Positions 31,518 through 45,243 of a DNA stretch of 64,000 bases are shown piece after piece. Every line of letters begins with the position of its first letter. Positions within the stretch are counted from its first letter, which is position 1. A program made the position numbers and the translations under genes. This stretch comes from the human T2T-CHM13v2.0 reference genome, Homo sapiens. The notes under the pieces were generated by a model. The model searched no databases, was not told the DNA's origin, and saw only the letters and a program-made list of their open reading frames with translations. The DNA lies in NCBI RefSeq assembly GCF_009914755.1, contig NC_060930.1, one strand, 5' to 3'.

Positions 31518-31854
31518 CTAAACGTACTAGTCTGTCTTTGGGATGTTTTTCTAGTTAGATCATCTTTATAAATATTTCATTTACTTCTAAGAGAGTGTAC
31601 TTCTTTCTGGTTTAAAGAGAGTGGCAAAAGCACCCTTAGATTTCAAGCCAGTTTGCCCAGTGTGGCTCTCTTAAGCCTCCTGACCATATCCCTTCATTTC
31701 TGTCCAGGACTTGGAAGTGATGGAATTTGGCTGGAATGTGCAGCACTCACTGTGGTTTTTGTCTCTAAATAAGGAGGGGACAGTCAGGTAGCCACCCATA
31801 TTTGCTTATTTGATTAATATTATGGGTGTTTAGGTCAGAAAAAAATGAATTTAT

Positions 31855-32045
31855 CTACTAGCTTTGTGACCTTGGGCAAGTTATTTCACCTCTTAAAATC
31901 TCAATTTCCTCATCTGTAATATGGAGACAATAGGATGCTGACTCTGTAGGGTTGTCATGAATATTAAATGAAAGTTTATGTTATTAAGTGCAAAAACCTT
32001 AACACACTTCTGAGCACAAAGTAGAAACTCAGTAAATGCAAAAGC
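31855..32045 (+). mobile_element. MIR, followed by a (CAT)n tract at 32054-32078
   Basis: tgtgaccttgggcaagttattt...tttcctcatctgtaatatggag. Confidence 0.85.
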
Positions 32046-32173
32046 ATCCTGGTCATCATCATCATCATCATCATCATCAAAGCAAAGGTCTAATGGAAGA
32101 AATGGAAAAGATAGGTTTGGATAGGGGAAAACCAACTCTAGGAAGATCTTTTCCTAGAAAAGTTTACCAGTCC

Positions 32174-32484
<311 letters not shown>

Positions 32485-33277
32485 AGCTTGCCAGTCCAAA
32501 GATGATTTAAAGTTTATTAAAGTCAGATTTTCGTATTCTGCAAATATTTGTGGCTTTTGGTATAGACATTCTAATCAATTATTTCTTTATATGAAATAAT
32601 TTGAACTTGGCTACTTCTCTTTCCAAAATTTACTCTTAAAGTTTTTTTTCAGCTTGGTTTTGGTAAACATGGTCATATGATGTTATTTTTCACAAAGATA
32701 GAGTTGCTGCCCTCCTGAGTCAGCCCCATCCCCTGTCTAGTCCATAATTCTCTTGCCATTAGAGGGTCTAGTGGTGTGGTGGAATGAGCATGGCGAGCTG
32801 TGGCCAGGCCACTTAGCAGCCACTAGTGGCACTGTCATTTACCACATTTTAAATTATACTCTGTCTTGTGAATAATGTGCTCAGAATGTGGATTCTCTAC
32901 TTGGATTTAAATTCTTGTTCTTCTGTTAATACTTACCATGACACTGAATCCTATCATCCTAGGAAAGTTATTAACATTTTTGTGCCACAATTTTCTCATT
33001 CACAAAATGGGAATCATAAGAGTTGTTATAAAAATAAACGAGTTAATGCATTTCAAGTGCTCAGAACAGTGGTTGGCACATAGTATGTGCTCAACCAATG
33101 GGAGTTGTTTCTCTTTTTCTTACTAGTTTCTTGCTTATGCCTCCTTTGGAGTAGGAATTTTGTGTGTTTTTCTGCTATATAATGAAAGTGGTACTTTCTT
33201 TTTATCTATTCAAGCCACTTTGTGTTATTTTGGTTTTTTTAAATATTAAAAATAGTAAAAATATTAAAACATAAAAA

Positions 33278-33719
<442 letters not shown>

Positions 33720-33756
33720 ATACTTTTTGTTATTTTGATTAGAAGTGGGTCCTTAG

Positions 33757-34139
<383 letters not shown>

Positions 34140-35009
34140 TTAAAAATTATCACCATTGAACTGAATTGAACTCCACATCTAGAAACAAGCATTAATGCTC
34201 CCTGCAGGAGAGCCAAATTCAAGCAGTAGATGGGTCTCATAATCCTGTGAAAATCAGCTCGCCTTGTTTCAGTTGGAGGAAAAGTGTAGCCAGTGTCAAG
34301 GGCAGAGCATCCTCATTGGGCAGGCAGAGATCTACCTCTGAGTGAAGGCCAGCAGGCTCAAGTTTCAGAACTATAGACAATCCCTTAGTTTTTCTGTACT
34401 CAGTGGACCTTTCCCTTCTATAAAGAGAAAACAACTAACTCCCTGTTTATATCACTAGAATGTTGTAAGGATAAACTATTGTTATCTGGAGCGTTTTTCT
34501 TTTTTCTTCAGAAAAAGAACAATCATTTAAAATGTTATTTGAAAGCATTCTGGAACTGTAGAGTGTTAGTCTTCGTAACTTAAAATTGATTCTAGTTTCC
34601 AGTCTTTTGTGGCTGGTTTGGTGCTTAGAACTCTAAACAGGTTTAATTATTTTCTAGCATAAAGAACATAGCCAGGTAAGTCTATTTTTGTTTTATGTAA
34701 TGTTAGATTTAAACTGGTTAGTACTGAGTTTTCCCTCTTATTTTCCTTATACTAAAGGAAAGAGTTTTAATTTTTAGGTTTATTTTATTTCACCAGTGAT
34801 AAACCAGTAATTTAAAAGTAAGTCTGCCACTAGCTGTGAGCTTCTTGGGAAGTTAGTTTACCCCGATAACTTCTGTTGTATGATCTGTGACCTATCTCTT
34901 AACATTGTTTTTGAGAGTTATAAATATATATTTTTTAAAAATGACTAGCCTAGTACCTGGCAGATAACAGAAACTCAGTAAATAGTACCTCTGAAAGCAT
35001 GCCACAGTC

Positions 35010-35215
35010 AAAGGATAGTAGACTTTGGTGTTGGGCAGACTTAGTTTCAAATCTGCCTCTGCCATTGGGATAGATTTTTAACCTCTTTAAGTCTCAGTTT
35101 CTTCACCTGTAAAATGGAGGCAATTACACTTCTCTTATGGAGCTGTAGGAGGATTGGATGTTATCTATGTAAAGCACCCAGCACAGGGCTTGGCTCAAAG
35201 CAAGTGCTGAATAGA
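35010..35215 (+). mobile_element. MIR
   Basis: aacctctttaagtctcagtttcttcacctgtaaaatggag. Confidence 0.8.
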
Positions 35216-35741
35216 GGAAAGGTGGTGGTCAGTAGCAGGGGCAATACTGGCAGTGATAGTTGTAATTATTGTTGTCTTTATAGTAATGGTAGTAGTATTA
35301 ATACATACATTGTTACTTTGTGAGTGGAGTAAAAACTTCAGAGGCCCAGAAGTCGTAACCAGGTCTGTTAAGCTTTGAAGTACCTTTGAGTATTTGGATG
35401 TTCATGTTGGTCTCTAAAAGGGAGACCCTTCATGCGCTCTCAGTGCCTTAAAAGTCTTAATATATCTCACTGAGGAAGCCAAGGCTAAACTTTCTACTTG
35501 ACATTACAGGAGTTTTTCCCAAAGGGATTTTGGAGTCTGAGTTTAGCATACGATAATCATTTGCCACTTATCTCTGTCATTGAATTACTTTATCCCCCCT
35601 CTATTTCCACACTTTCCATCACAATCTACTCTCCATAATCAAGTGGCAGTGACATAAACCCTTTTGGGGACCTTTAGTAAGACCTTCGAAACTTGAGTTC
35701 ACTTCTTTTTTCTTCTTTAGCTCTTTTTTAAAAAAATATTG

Positions 35742-36040
<299 letters not shown>

Positions 36041-36117
36041 TCAAATACATATATACTCCCTTTTTCATTAATAGTTTTGCCAGAATGTATGGCTTTTGAT
36101 TATAAATCTTATTTTTA

Positions 36118-36405
36118 GGTCAGCATGGTGGCTCATGCCTGTAATCCCAGCACTTTGGGATGCTGAGACAGGAGGATTGCTTGAGCCTAGGAGTTCAAGA
36201 CAGCCTAGGCAACAAACTCAGACCCTGCTTATCCAAAAAAAAAAAAAAAAAATTAGCCAGGTGTGGTGGCACACACCTGTGGTCTCAGCTACTGGGGAGG
36301 CTGAAGTGGGAGGATCATTTGAGCCCAGGAGTTATGATCATGCTACTGCACTCTAGCCTGGGTGACAGAGTGAGACCTTGTCTCTAAAATAATCGTAATA
36401 ATAAA
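36118..36405 (+). mobile_element. AluJ
   Basis: Diverged full Alu. Confidence 0.87.
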
Positions 36406-36565
36406 TGAGTACATCTTTTTTGTAAGCTGAGATAGTGAGTTGCTGCTGTAGTATTTGTCCACAATTAAAACAATGTAGTAAACATATTAGATATTGAAAT
36501 AGTTTCTAATTCCTAATAGTCATTCAAAATACATATCTTACTATGAACATTAAAAATACATATCT

Positions 36566-36730
36566 GAGCCAGGCATGGTGGCTCACACCTATAATCCCAG
36601 CACTTTGGGAGGTGGAGGCAGGTGGATCACTTACTTGAGGCCAGGAGTTTGAGAGCAACCTGGTCAACATAGCGAGATCCCATCTCTTAAAAAAGATACA
36701 TACACACACATACACACACACACACACACA
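36566..36730 (+). mobile_element. FLAM with (CA)n-converted tail
   Basis: Left monomer, then (CA)n at 36698-36730; TSD acatatctg/acacatctg. Confidence 0.82.
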
Positions 36731-37186
36731 TCTGTCTTAAAGTTTGAGTTCAGCTAAGGGGTCAGTTATGTTTCAGGAATGTCCATGCAGAAGAAAAGTG
36801 ATTTATGTATTGAAAATCTGTGTCTGGTCAACATGAGAAGATCGTTTGAAGCTTGAATGGTGTGTTCTTCTGTCTACCTTGAAAAACTTGTCCCAAAGTG
36901 AGTTTTCAAGATACAGGATGTATGACTGTCTAATGCTTGTGAGGAGCTTAGCAAGAATGACCAGCGAATTGCTTATGAGTCTCATTAGCTCATTTACAGT
37001 TGCCTTAAAACATAGCTGCATTGGGCTAACCCAAATGCCTCATCAACATACCTGTACAGATTCAAATATATGAGAAGTCTTCCCTCTAGAGAGTGAGCCC
37101 TTGCTTAGTGCTGCCTTTACAGCACTGTGCATCTTCTGGATTGTTCCGTTCAGTGGAAGAGAAGCAATGACCCCTCATAACAGAGA

Positions 37187-37551
37187 CCTAGATTGAGTTG
37201 CTAATTATTCAGCCAGTATACAGTATATACTATAGTGTGGTTAGTGAGATACTGAATAGTTTAAGAGTTTCTGCCATAATTAGTACCTCACCTACTACTT
37301 AAAAAAAAATAAACAACCATAACTTAATTCATGTTTTCAAAAAAAATTTAAAGCTTGAAGGAACCATATTTGTAACAACAAAATGTCACTTAAAATGATG
37401 GAGCCTATCAATATATTGTTACCTATGCAAGAACTCCCTTTACAGAGCTTGAAGTAATGCTAGTAATGTGACACATAATATATTTTATTCATGATTTGTC
37501 ATTTAAATGTGTTCAGAATACTGATGGATTCATAAATATCTCATGAAAGCA
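37187..37551 (+). repeat. Local duplicate, copy 1 (paralog at 39334-39689)
   Basis: Collinear over ~360 bp from cctagattgagt to atctcatgaaagca. Confidence 0.93.
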
Positions 37552-38169
37552 TACATTTTGACAAAGTACCAGGAGGCCCAAGGACATACAAATGGGGCAG
37601 AGAATCAGAATCCATTTGCAGTGTCCCCGACCTCTCTCACTGGCATGTTATAGACAAGTAAAGGTTGCACCCATAGCTAACACACACAAAAAGAAACACA
37701 ATTAACAAGTACCTTTTGTTTGTTACCTTCTCATAAATGGCAATTAAATGAGTAAAAGTAGGTTGGTGTTAAGCTTGGCAAAAGATACTGTGGGGAAGAA
37801 AGTTGGCTGCTGGTTGTGTTTATTGTTTGTGCCATTTCAAGCTAGCAACCCTAACTGAGTCTCAGTCATTAGAATTTAGGTTTATTCCAAAGGTAATATC
37901 GACAGCTCAAATATGAGATTTGGCCAACAGTTACATAAAGTCACCATGCAGAGTACACCTCTTAATTTTTTTCAAATTTGTTTATAAGTAGTAGCATAAG
38001 CTCATGATAGTCTTTGGATTCGTTTTTTAATCTTATGATTAGGATCAAGGGTCAAAATAATATATGCTGCATATAAGATAAGAAAATAGAGGAAGCATGT
38101 GCTTTATAATAACTTCAGACCATGTCTGTGAAAACATTGTTTCCCATCAATATTTGATTGAGAGATGCA

Positions 38170-38400
38170 GTTTATTCAATATGCACTATGTATCAGACAC
38201 TGTTCTAAGTGCTTTACAAATATTAACCCACTACAGTTAATTTATAACTTTCCTCAGAGGTAGGCACTATTATTAGTCCCATATTGAGGAAAAATCAGGC
38301 ACAGAGGGGTATGATTATTTGGTCAAAGTCACAGAGCTCATTAAGAGTGAGGCTGGGATTCCCCAGCCGGTGATCTTGAGTCCTTGTGGTTAATCACTGC
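38170..38400 (-). mobile_element. MIR
   Basis: cactgttctaagtgctttacaaatattaac...gaggtaggcactattattagtcccat. Confidence 0.8.
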
Positions 38401-39333
38401 AGGTAAATCCCTGCAAGTTAATCACTGTGGTTAATGGTGCTTTCTTTATATTCTTATATGAGTTCATTTAGCCTCTAGATCTCACAAGTAGAAATTAAAA
38501 TACATATGATAAATTAAGTTTTGGTACTAGACAATTTCTACGTTAAATAGTGGAAAGAAATATGTTAATTAATAGAAATATAAGTTCATTAAAATCTTAG
38601 ATGAAAAAAGATTTTAAAACAGAAATTCAAAAGTATATATTATAAATGAAAGTATCATGTGTAGATTCTGAGTTTGGGGCTTCTGCCCAAGCTGTGTCAG
38701 AAAAAAGCATTACCAAGAGGTGGACCTACTTCGTACCCCTTCTTCTGCCCTGACACAGGCAGGAGAATGCAAGGTCAGAGATAAGTGGTAGATGGGGGGC
38801 CCTCTAGTTGCTGCCCATGCTAAAGAGGCATGGCAGAATTTCTCAAGTAGTTGCTTTACCAGTTGCTGCAGAAAGCTGCTCCTGGCTGCTCTAACTTTAG
38901 GCCTCTAGAAGCCCTGCTGCTTGAATCCATTGGTTTTACCTCCTGACTTATTCTTGAGGATTCCCTGGCAATGAATACAGGTTCCACCTTACATTGACCT
39001 TACACTTCAAGGATTGTAAACCATTGCTGATACTTTATCCCACTTGAGGCTTATAAGGGTTCTGTGAAATAAGCCCATACCCTCATTCTGAGGATAAGGA
39101 AACTGAAGTTCATGGAAGGTAATGCAGGTGGAGGAAGCAGGACTAAAACTCAGATTTTCTGATTTTTTCTTAGCTGTTCTTTTGGGTTCTCTTGCATTGT
39201 GTACTATACCTTCACTCCTGGCCTGTACCCACCTTTGACAGGAGCCCAACTGACTCATCTGACTTCCTGATGACTATTCCCCTGGAAATCTTCCCTTAGT
39301 TTCATAAACTAACAACGATGAGACTGTCTGATC

Positions 39334-39689
39334 CCTAGATTGAGTGACTAGTTATTCAGCCAGCACCTATAGTCTGGTTATTGACATACTGGATAATTTC
39401 TGGGTTTCTACTATAATTAGTACCTCACCTACTACCTAAAAAAAGCCAACAAAAATAAAAATAACTCAATTCATGATTTTTTAAAAAGCTTGCACAAGCC
39501 ATATTTTATAACAACAAAATGTCACTTAAAGTGATAGAGCCTATCAGTATGATATTGTACCTATGCAAGAACTCCCTTTACAAGGCTTGAAGTAATGCTG
39601 GTGCTGTGACACGTAATATAGTGTATTCATAATTTGTCACTTAAATGTTTTCATAATACTGATGGATTCATAAATATCTCATGAAAGCA
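39334..39689 (+). repeat. Local duplicate, copy 2 (paralog at 37187-37551)
   Basis: Same orientation, ~2.15 kb downstream of copy 1. Confidence 0.93.
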
Positions 39690-40642
39690 CAGCTTGAGTT
39701 TTTGCATCTGCTATTAGTAAAAGGTATGATAGTTGAAGCAACTGTTGACATTCACACTGAAATTCAATGTCTCCTTTATCATGCATGTCATTACAAACCT
39801 AAGAACTGGCCCTTTTCAAGCCTGGGCAGAGGAGGCTCACCCAGGCCTTGCCAGCCACTCTTGGCTCTACTGCCTTGCTTCTTTCCCCACTGTTGGCTTC
39901 CTTCCCCACCATTTAGCTCCCATGAACTAAGTGGTTGTTATTATCAGCAAAACAAGAAAATGTAGTTACTGCAAGGGTGGGATTACCGAACTATTCTCTT
40001 TTGTATTGGCTATCCAAAACAATTTTGTCTGGAGTGGACTCAATTATCAATCAGGAGTCCTTCATTGGAACATACGTAGGGTTTGAAACAAGAGCACTTG
40101 TATTCCTGTGTATCAGTATACATGTTTAAACAAGCTTGTCTAAAATTAGATTTTGGATTTCTTTCAAGATAAAAGCAAAGTAGGACTGAATGTCTGCATT
40201 TGCTCAAAAGTTTTGACCTTTACTAATTTGCATTTTGTGATTGTCGTAATGTTACCCTGTAAAAGGTTTCAAGTACTTTGGCCTAGAAGTCTTAGTAGCT
40301 AGGTGCATTGCTGGCACTTAATTGTATCCTTTCCTGTTGTTCCACTTTTATTAAAAGCTTTTTTGTATGCCCATGAGGAAACAACCAGTCACAATAGCTG
40401 ATAACTGTTGACAATGTAGAGAGGCGATGTCTCCATCATCATGTAGTTTCTTCCTACAGAGACGCTCCTCAGGAATTTATGCATCTGCTTTCTCACTGCA
40501 GGATTTCTGGTTGCCTTTCTGTGTATAAGCATACATTGGCTACAATTCCACTAACTTACAAAGCCAGCAGAAGTTAAACAAAGAGGAGCACCATTTTATA
40601 TCTTAATGCCACTCCATAACTGATCAACAAAGAACAAACGTA

Positions 40643-41039
40643 TAAGTTGGTGCAAAAGTAATTGAGGTTTTTGTCATTACTTTGTTTTTGTCATTACTTT
40701 TTTTTTTTAGATAGGGTCTCCAGTTGCTCAGGCTGGAGTGCAGTGGCACAATCTCAACTCACTGTAGCCTTGACTCCCTGGGCTCAGGTGATCCTCCCAC
40801 CTCAGCCTCCTGAGTAGCTGGGACTACAGGTACGTGCCATCACACCCAGCTAATTTTTGTATTTTCAGTAGAGACCAGATTTGGCCATGTTGGCCAGGCT
40901 GCTCTCAAACTCCTGACCTCAGGTGATCTGCCCACCTTGGCCTCCCAAAATGCTGGGATTACAGGCGTGAGCCACCGTGCCTGGCCTTTTGTCATTACTT
41001 TTAATGGCAAAAACTGCAATTACTTTTGCACCAACCTAA
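40643..41039. mobile_element. MADE1 (Hsmar1 MITE) split by an Alu
   Basis: TIRs gttggtgcaaaagtaattg and caattacttttgcaccaacctaa, TA flanks. Confidence 0.92.
40698..40986 (-). mobile_element. Alu with J-like right arm and S-like left arm, inside MADE1
   Basis: TSD ttttgtcattacttt. Confidence 0.9.
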
Positions 41040-42610
41040 TAAAAACAGTTGGGTTTGAGCACGTTCACTGAGAAAGATGGGTGTGGCATGCGGGAATGAA
41101 GGGAAAGGATTCTTTTTGGCCAGATAATTCTCAATCTCTCCTATAAACTAAATAAACATAAGGAAATTTTGTCAATTGTGTATAAGACAAGGGACATGAA
41201 CAATTCCTTATTATGTGACAGTTGCTTTCATATCAGTGTATCTCATTCAGTCTTCATAGTAGCTGTGCCAAATAGGTATTTCTACCTTCATATTTATAAC
41301 TGAGAAGACAGAACCTGAAAGAAGTATTTTAGCTAATAAATGACAGAGCAGTATTTGAAATACTTCTTTCTGGCTCTAAACCTCAAAATATTTTCACCAC
41401 AGCATGAAAAAACTAAAGCTCATTGAACGAGTAGTTGGTAGAGGCTGTGTGTGTGTGTACAGGGGAGGTAACTAGCTAATGAATAAAGCTTCCCGTAGAA
41501 ATGTAGGTACCCATTTACTCTCAGAGCTGTCTCCCTGAGCAGGGAAGCATTTCCTCCTTTTGATTACATGCACCCTACTTGGTCCCATTGTACAGAAGGG
41601 TATCCAGGAACAAAGAATTCATATGCCTTATAAAGTTAATGGGGCATTCTTGTTTTCCTGGGAACCCCTGACTTGAAATGATTCTAAGAAGAATCTGTGA
41701 CTCAGTTCCTGAAGTGTTAACTAAGCCTGTTGCACCTGATTTCCAATCTAGCCACAAAGTCTTAGTACCTGCTACTCGGGTGATTCACTGAGTATGTAAA
41801 GGAATCTAAGGTGACAAATGTTGAGGATTTTTCACTCTGCATAAAGGTCACAGCCCCAAAAGAGGAAAGAAAATGCTGGTGACCCAAACTTCAAATTTGT
41901 AGGCGATACAGTTGGCGTGAAAGATGTAGATCTACAGAGTTTGATGCAAAAGGATTATGAAAACCTTGTAAATAATCTTTGTCTTTAGTACCCATTTCTC
42001 TCAAAACTGAGTTTTATTTTGATTTTCATGTATGTGAGTTTTAAAATTATGTTTAAGAATGTTCATTAGTTTCTATGAATATTATTATATACACAGAGCT
42101 AACTTCTATGTCAGTAGGTCACAGAAAAGAGTAACTTTCTGTTTCCATTTTACCAGACTGGAAATTTATATGCTCTGGTATTTAGATTACATGTTGTTGG
42201 CTTAAAGCCTAAATCATTATAGTCATTAATACTGTTCATTTTCCAAAGTACAACTGGAAATTTGCTACTTTGTCTTAAACCACTCTCTTTTATTATAGAC
42301 TTTCTCTAATTTTAAAAACAATTACCCAGTGATAATGGTAATTGAAGCAGAAGGTTGGTTTACTTCTTTTATGTGTGACTGTAACTGAGCAGATGTTACT
42401 ACTTCTCTCCAAAGTGGTCTTGATGTATGGTTTTCAGTGACTGTGTTTGTCACACTCAGAAAGGTAAGTAACTGTGATAGTGAAACTGCACTAGTATAAT
42501 TCATTTATTAAACAAACATTTATAGACACCTGCTGTATGTGAGGCCCTGGAGTGTGGGCTGGCAAACCAGTTCAAGTTCTGTGGTTGGCAAATTGAGTCT
42601 CACTCCCCTA

Positions 42611-43039
<429 letters not shown>

Positions 43040-43535
43040 TTAATCCTCACAGAGGATGAAGAATTTATAATTCTTGAGTGTAATTGTTACTGCTAAAGGA
43101 ATTCCAGAGAACACTTGATGATGTTAGTGTATATAAATTCTCTAAATGGATGGTTCTATTTATATCTATAATGTAAAGATATGCATATTGATATATATGT
43201 TTGTATATATAGATAGACACATTCATACATATATACACATACATACATTCTAGCACTAAGTTCTTTACTGATATATATACTCAGTGCTAGATTACCTACT
43301 TAGTAAATTAAACATGTACTTACGACATCAGCAAAGCAGGAATGAGAGAGAGAAAAGCCAAAATATGCCTGAAAGTTCTGTGTTATTTTCAGATATTAAA
43401 TTTTGTTGTAGGGTTTAGAATTGTTTTTATTTTGAATGACATATTGAGGTGGGGGGGGCATAACCTTTTTGATGATTAAAGTTTCTAAAGATAATGATGC
43501 AGACCTCTGTATATACCTTGTTTAAAGAGCACTGT

Positions 43536-43820
43536 GGCCAGGCGTGGTGGCTTATGCCTATAATCGCAACACCTTGGGGAAGCTGAGGCAGGAGGATCAC
43601 TTGAGGCCAAAATTTGAGACCAGCCTGGACAACATAGTGAGACCCTGTCTCCATAAAAAAAATTTTTGAAATTAGCCAGGCGTGGTGGCATGTGCCTGTA
43701 GTCCCAACTACTCGAAAGGCTGAGACAGGAGGATTGCTTGAGCCCAGGAGTTCAAAGCTGCAGTGAGCTGTGATTAAGCCACTGCCCTGCAGCCTGGGAG
43801 ACAGAGTGAGGCCCTGTCTT

Positions 43821-43868
<48 letters not shown>

Positions 43869-43888
43869 TAAATAAATAAATAAATAAA
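43536..43888 (+). mobile_element. AluJ with (TAAG)n(TAAA)n STR tail (43821-43888)
   Basis: Full Alu; compound tetranucleotide tail; TSD agagca(c/t)tg. Confidence 0.9.
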
Positions 43889-44213
43889 AGAGAGCATTGG
43901 CAGGGGTTAGGGTGGAGGTGGGAGAAAAAGTATGATGTGAACTGTGGAAGGTAATAGAGAAATATGCCCCATTTATTCTTGTGTTCATCTCATGAGTCGG
44001 ATTCCAGGCCCAAAGGTACCACTTTATCTTCCTTAAAGAGGCTCAGTTGGTTAGCATCACTTGTTAAATGTCCTGTCCAGTTGTGTGGAAACGGTCAGAT
44101 CGGTGAACTTCTCAAGTAACTGTTCTTTTATGGTTTGAGACTCCAGTTTTATTTTTTGATACATTTACTTTTTGATACACTTGGCTTAGCTGTTTTGGAG
44201 GCTTCACCATATT

Positions 44214-44530
44214 GAGTAGTTCCCCTTCACCCCTGTGGGTGTACATACCAAGATCCCCTGTGAATTTCTGAAACTGCTGATAGCACTGAACCCTCTATAT
44301 ACTATGTTTTTTCCTATATACATGTACCTATGATAAAGCTAAATTTATGAATTAGGCACAGTAAGAGATTAACAATAGTAAATGATAAGAACAATTATAA
44401 CAATATACTATAATAAAAATTACATGAATATGGTATTTCTCTCTCTCTCTGTCAAAATATCTTATTGCATGTAACATTTTTGGACCACGGTTGACTGAGT
44501 GACTGCAACCATGCATAAGGGAGGACTGCT
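44214..44530 (+). mobile_element. MER44A (Tigger7 MITE)
   Basis: gtagttcccctt...aattaggcacagtaagagattaacaat...ataagggaggact. Confidence 0.85.
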
Positions 44531-44796
44531 ATAGTTATAATAATTCACAATCTCACTATTTATGGATAACACTGTTAACATTGTGTTCCTTTTTGGTACA
44601 CATTTTCATATAGCTTAGCAGTAAAGATGAAATTATAGAGGGAGTAATTTAGATGGCTTTTGTATCTCGTTTTGTTTTTCATTTCACATTTTATCATAAG
44701 CCTCTCCCTACTTCATTAAAACATGTAAAATAATTTCCTTACTCATTTCCCTCTGTGTAAAACCTTTATCCACATCTCGAACCTCAGTCTCTGGAT

Positions 44797-45243
44797 ATTC
44801 TCTATTTGTTTTTCCAGACCCACTCTCCACCCTCCTCTGTGCTCAGAGGCTGTATTTAATGACTACATGAACCTAGCTCTTTGTCCTCTGGCTTCTATAA
44901 CAGTTAGGTTCTGCCAGTGGGAAGCTTTGGAGGAGAGGGCAGGAGTGGGAGGTCAGGCTGGAGTTAGGTAATGGTTTTGTTACTTCGCAGAAGGCCACAG
45001 GTTCTGATGGGTCAACCTCTTCTATAGCTCAGATCTTGGCAGTTCCAGTACTCACTCCCTCCCCTTGCCTTTATGCTTAGGGGGTAGTAGAGGCTTCCTG
45101 CCATTGGGAGCCCTGGTCTGCTTACCATTCCTTAGTGGTTTTCCCTTACCTGTCCACATCTTGTAACTAGTCAGTTATTTAAACACTTCTCAATTATCTC
45201 TTTGTGTGTACCATCGGTTCTCTGCTGAGAACCTGGCTGACAT
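44797..45243 (+). mobile_element. LTR33-like ERVL solo LTR
   Basis: ccagacccactctccaccct...tcctctggcttct...gtgtaccatcggttctctgctgagaacctggctgaca. Confidence 0.7.

Noticed and set aside
32819-32830. 12-bp palindrome gccactagtggc resembling a CTCF site
   Set aside because: One base short of CTCF core spacing; palindromes of this length arise by chance in 64 kb.
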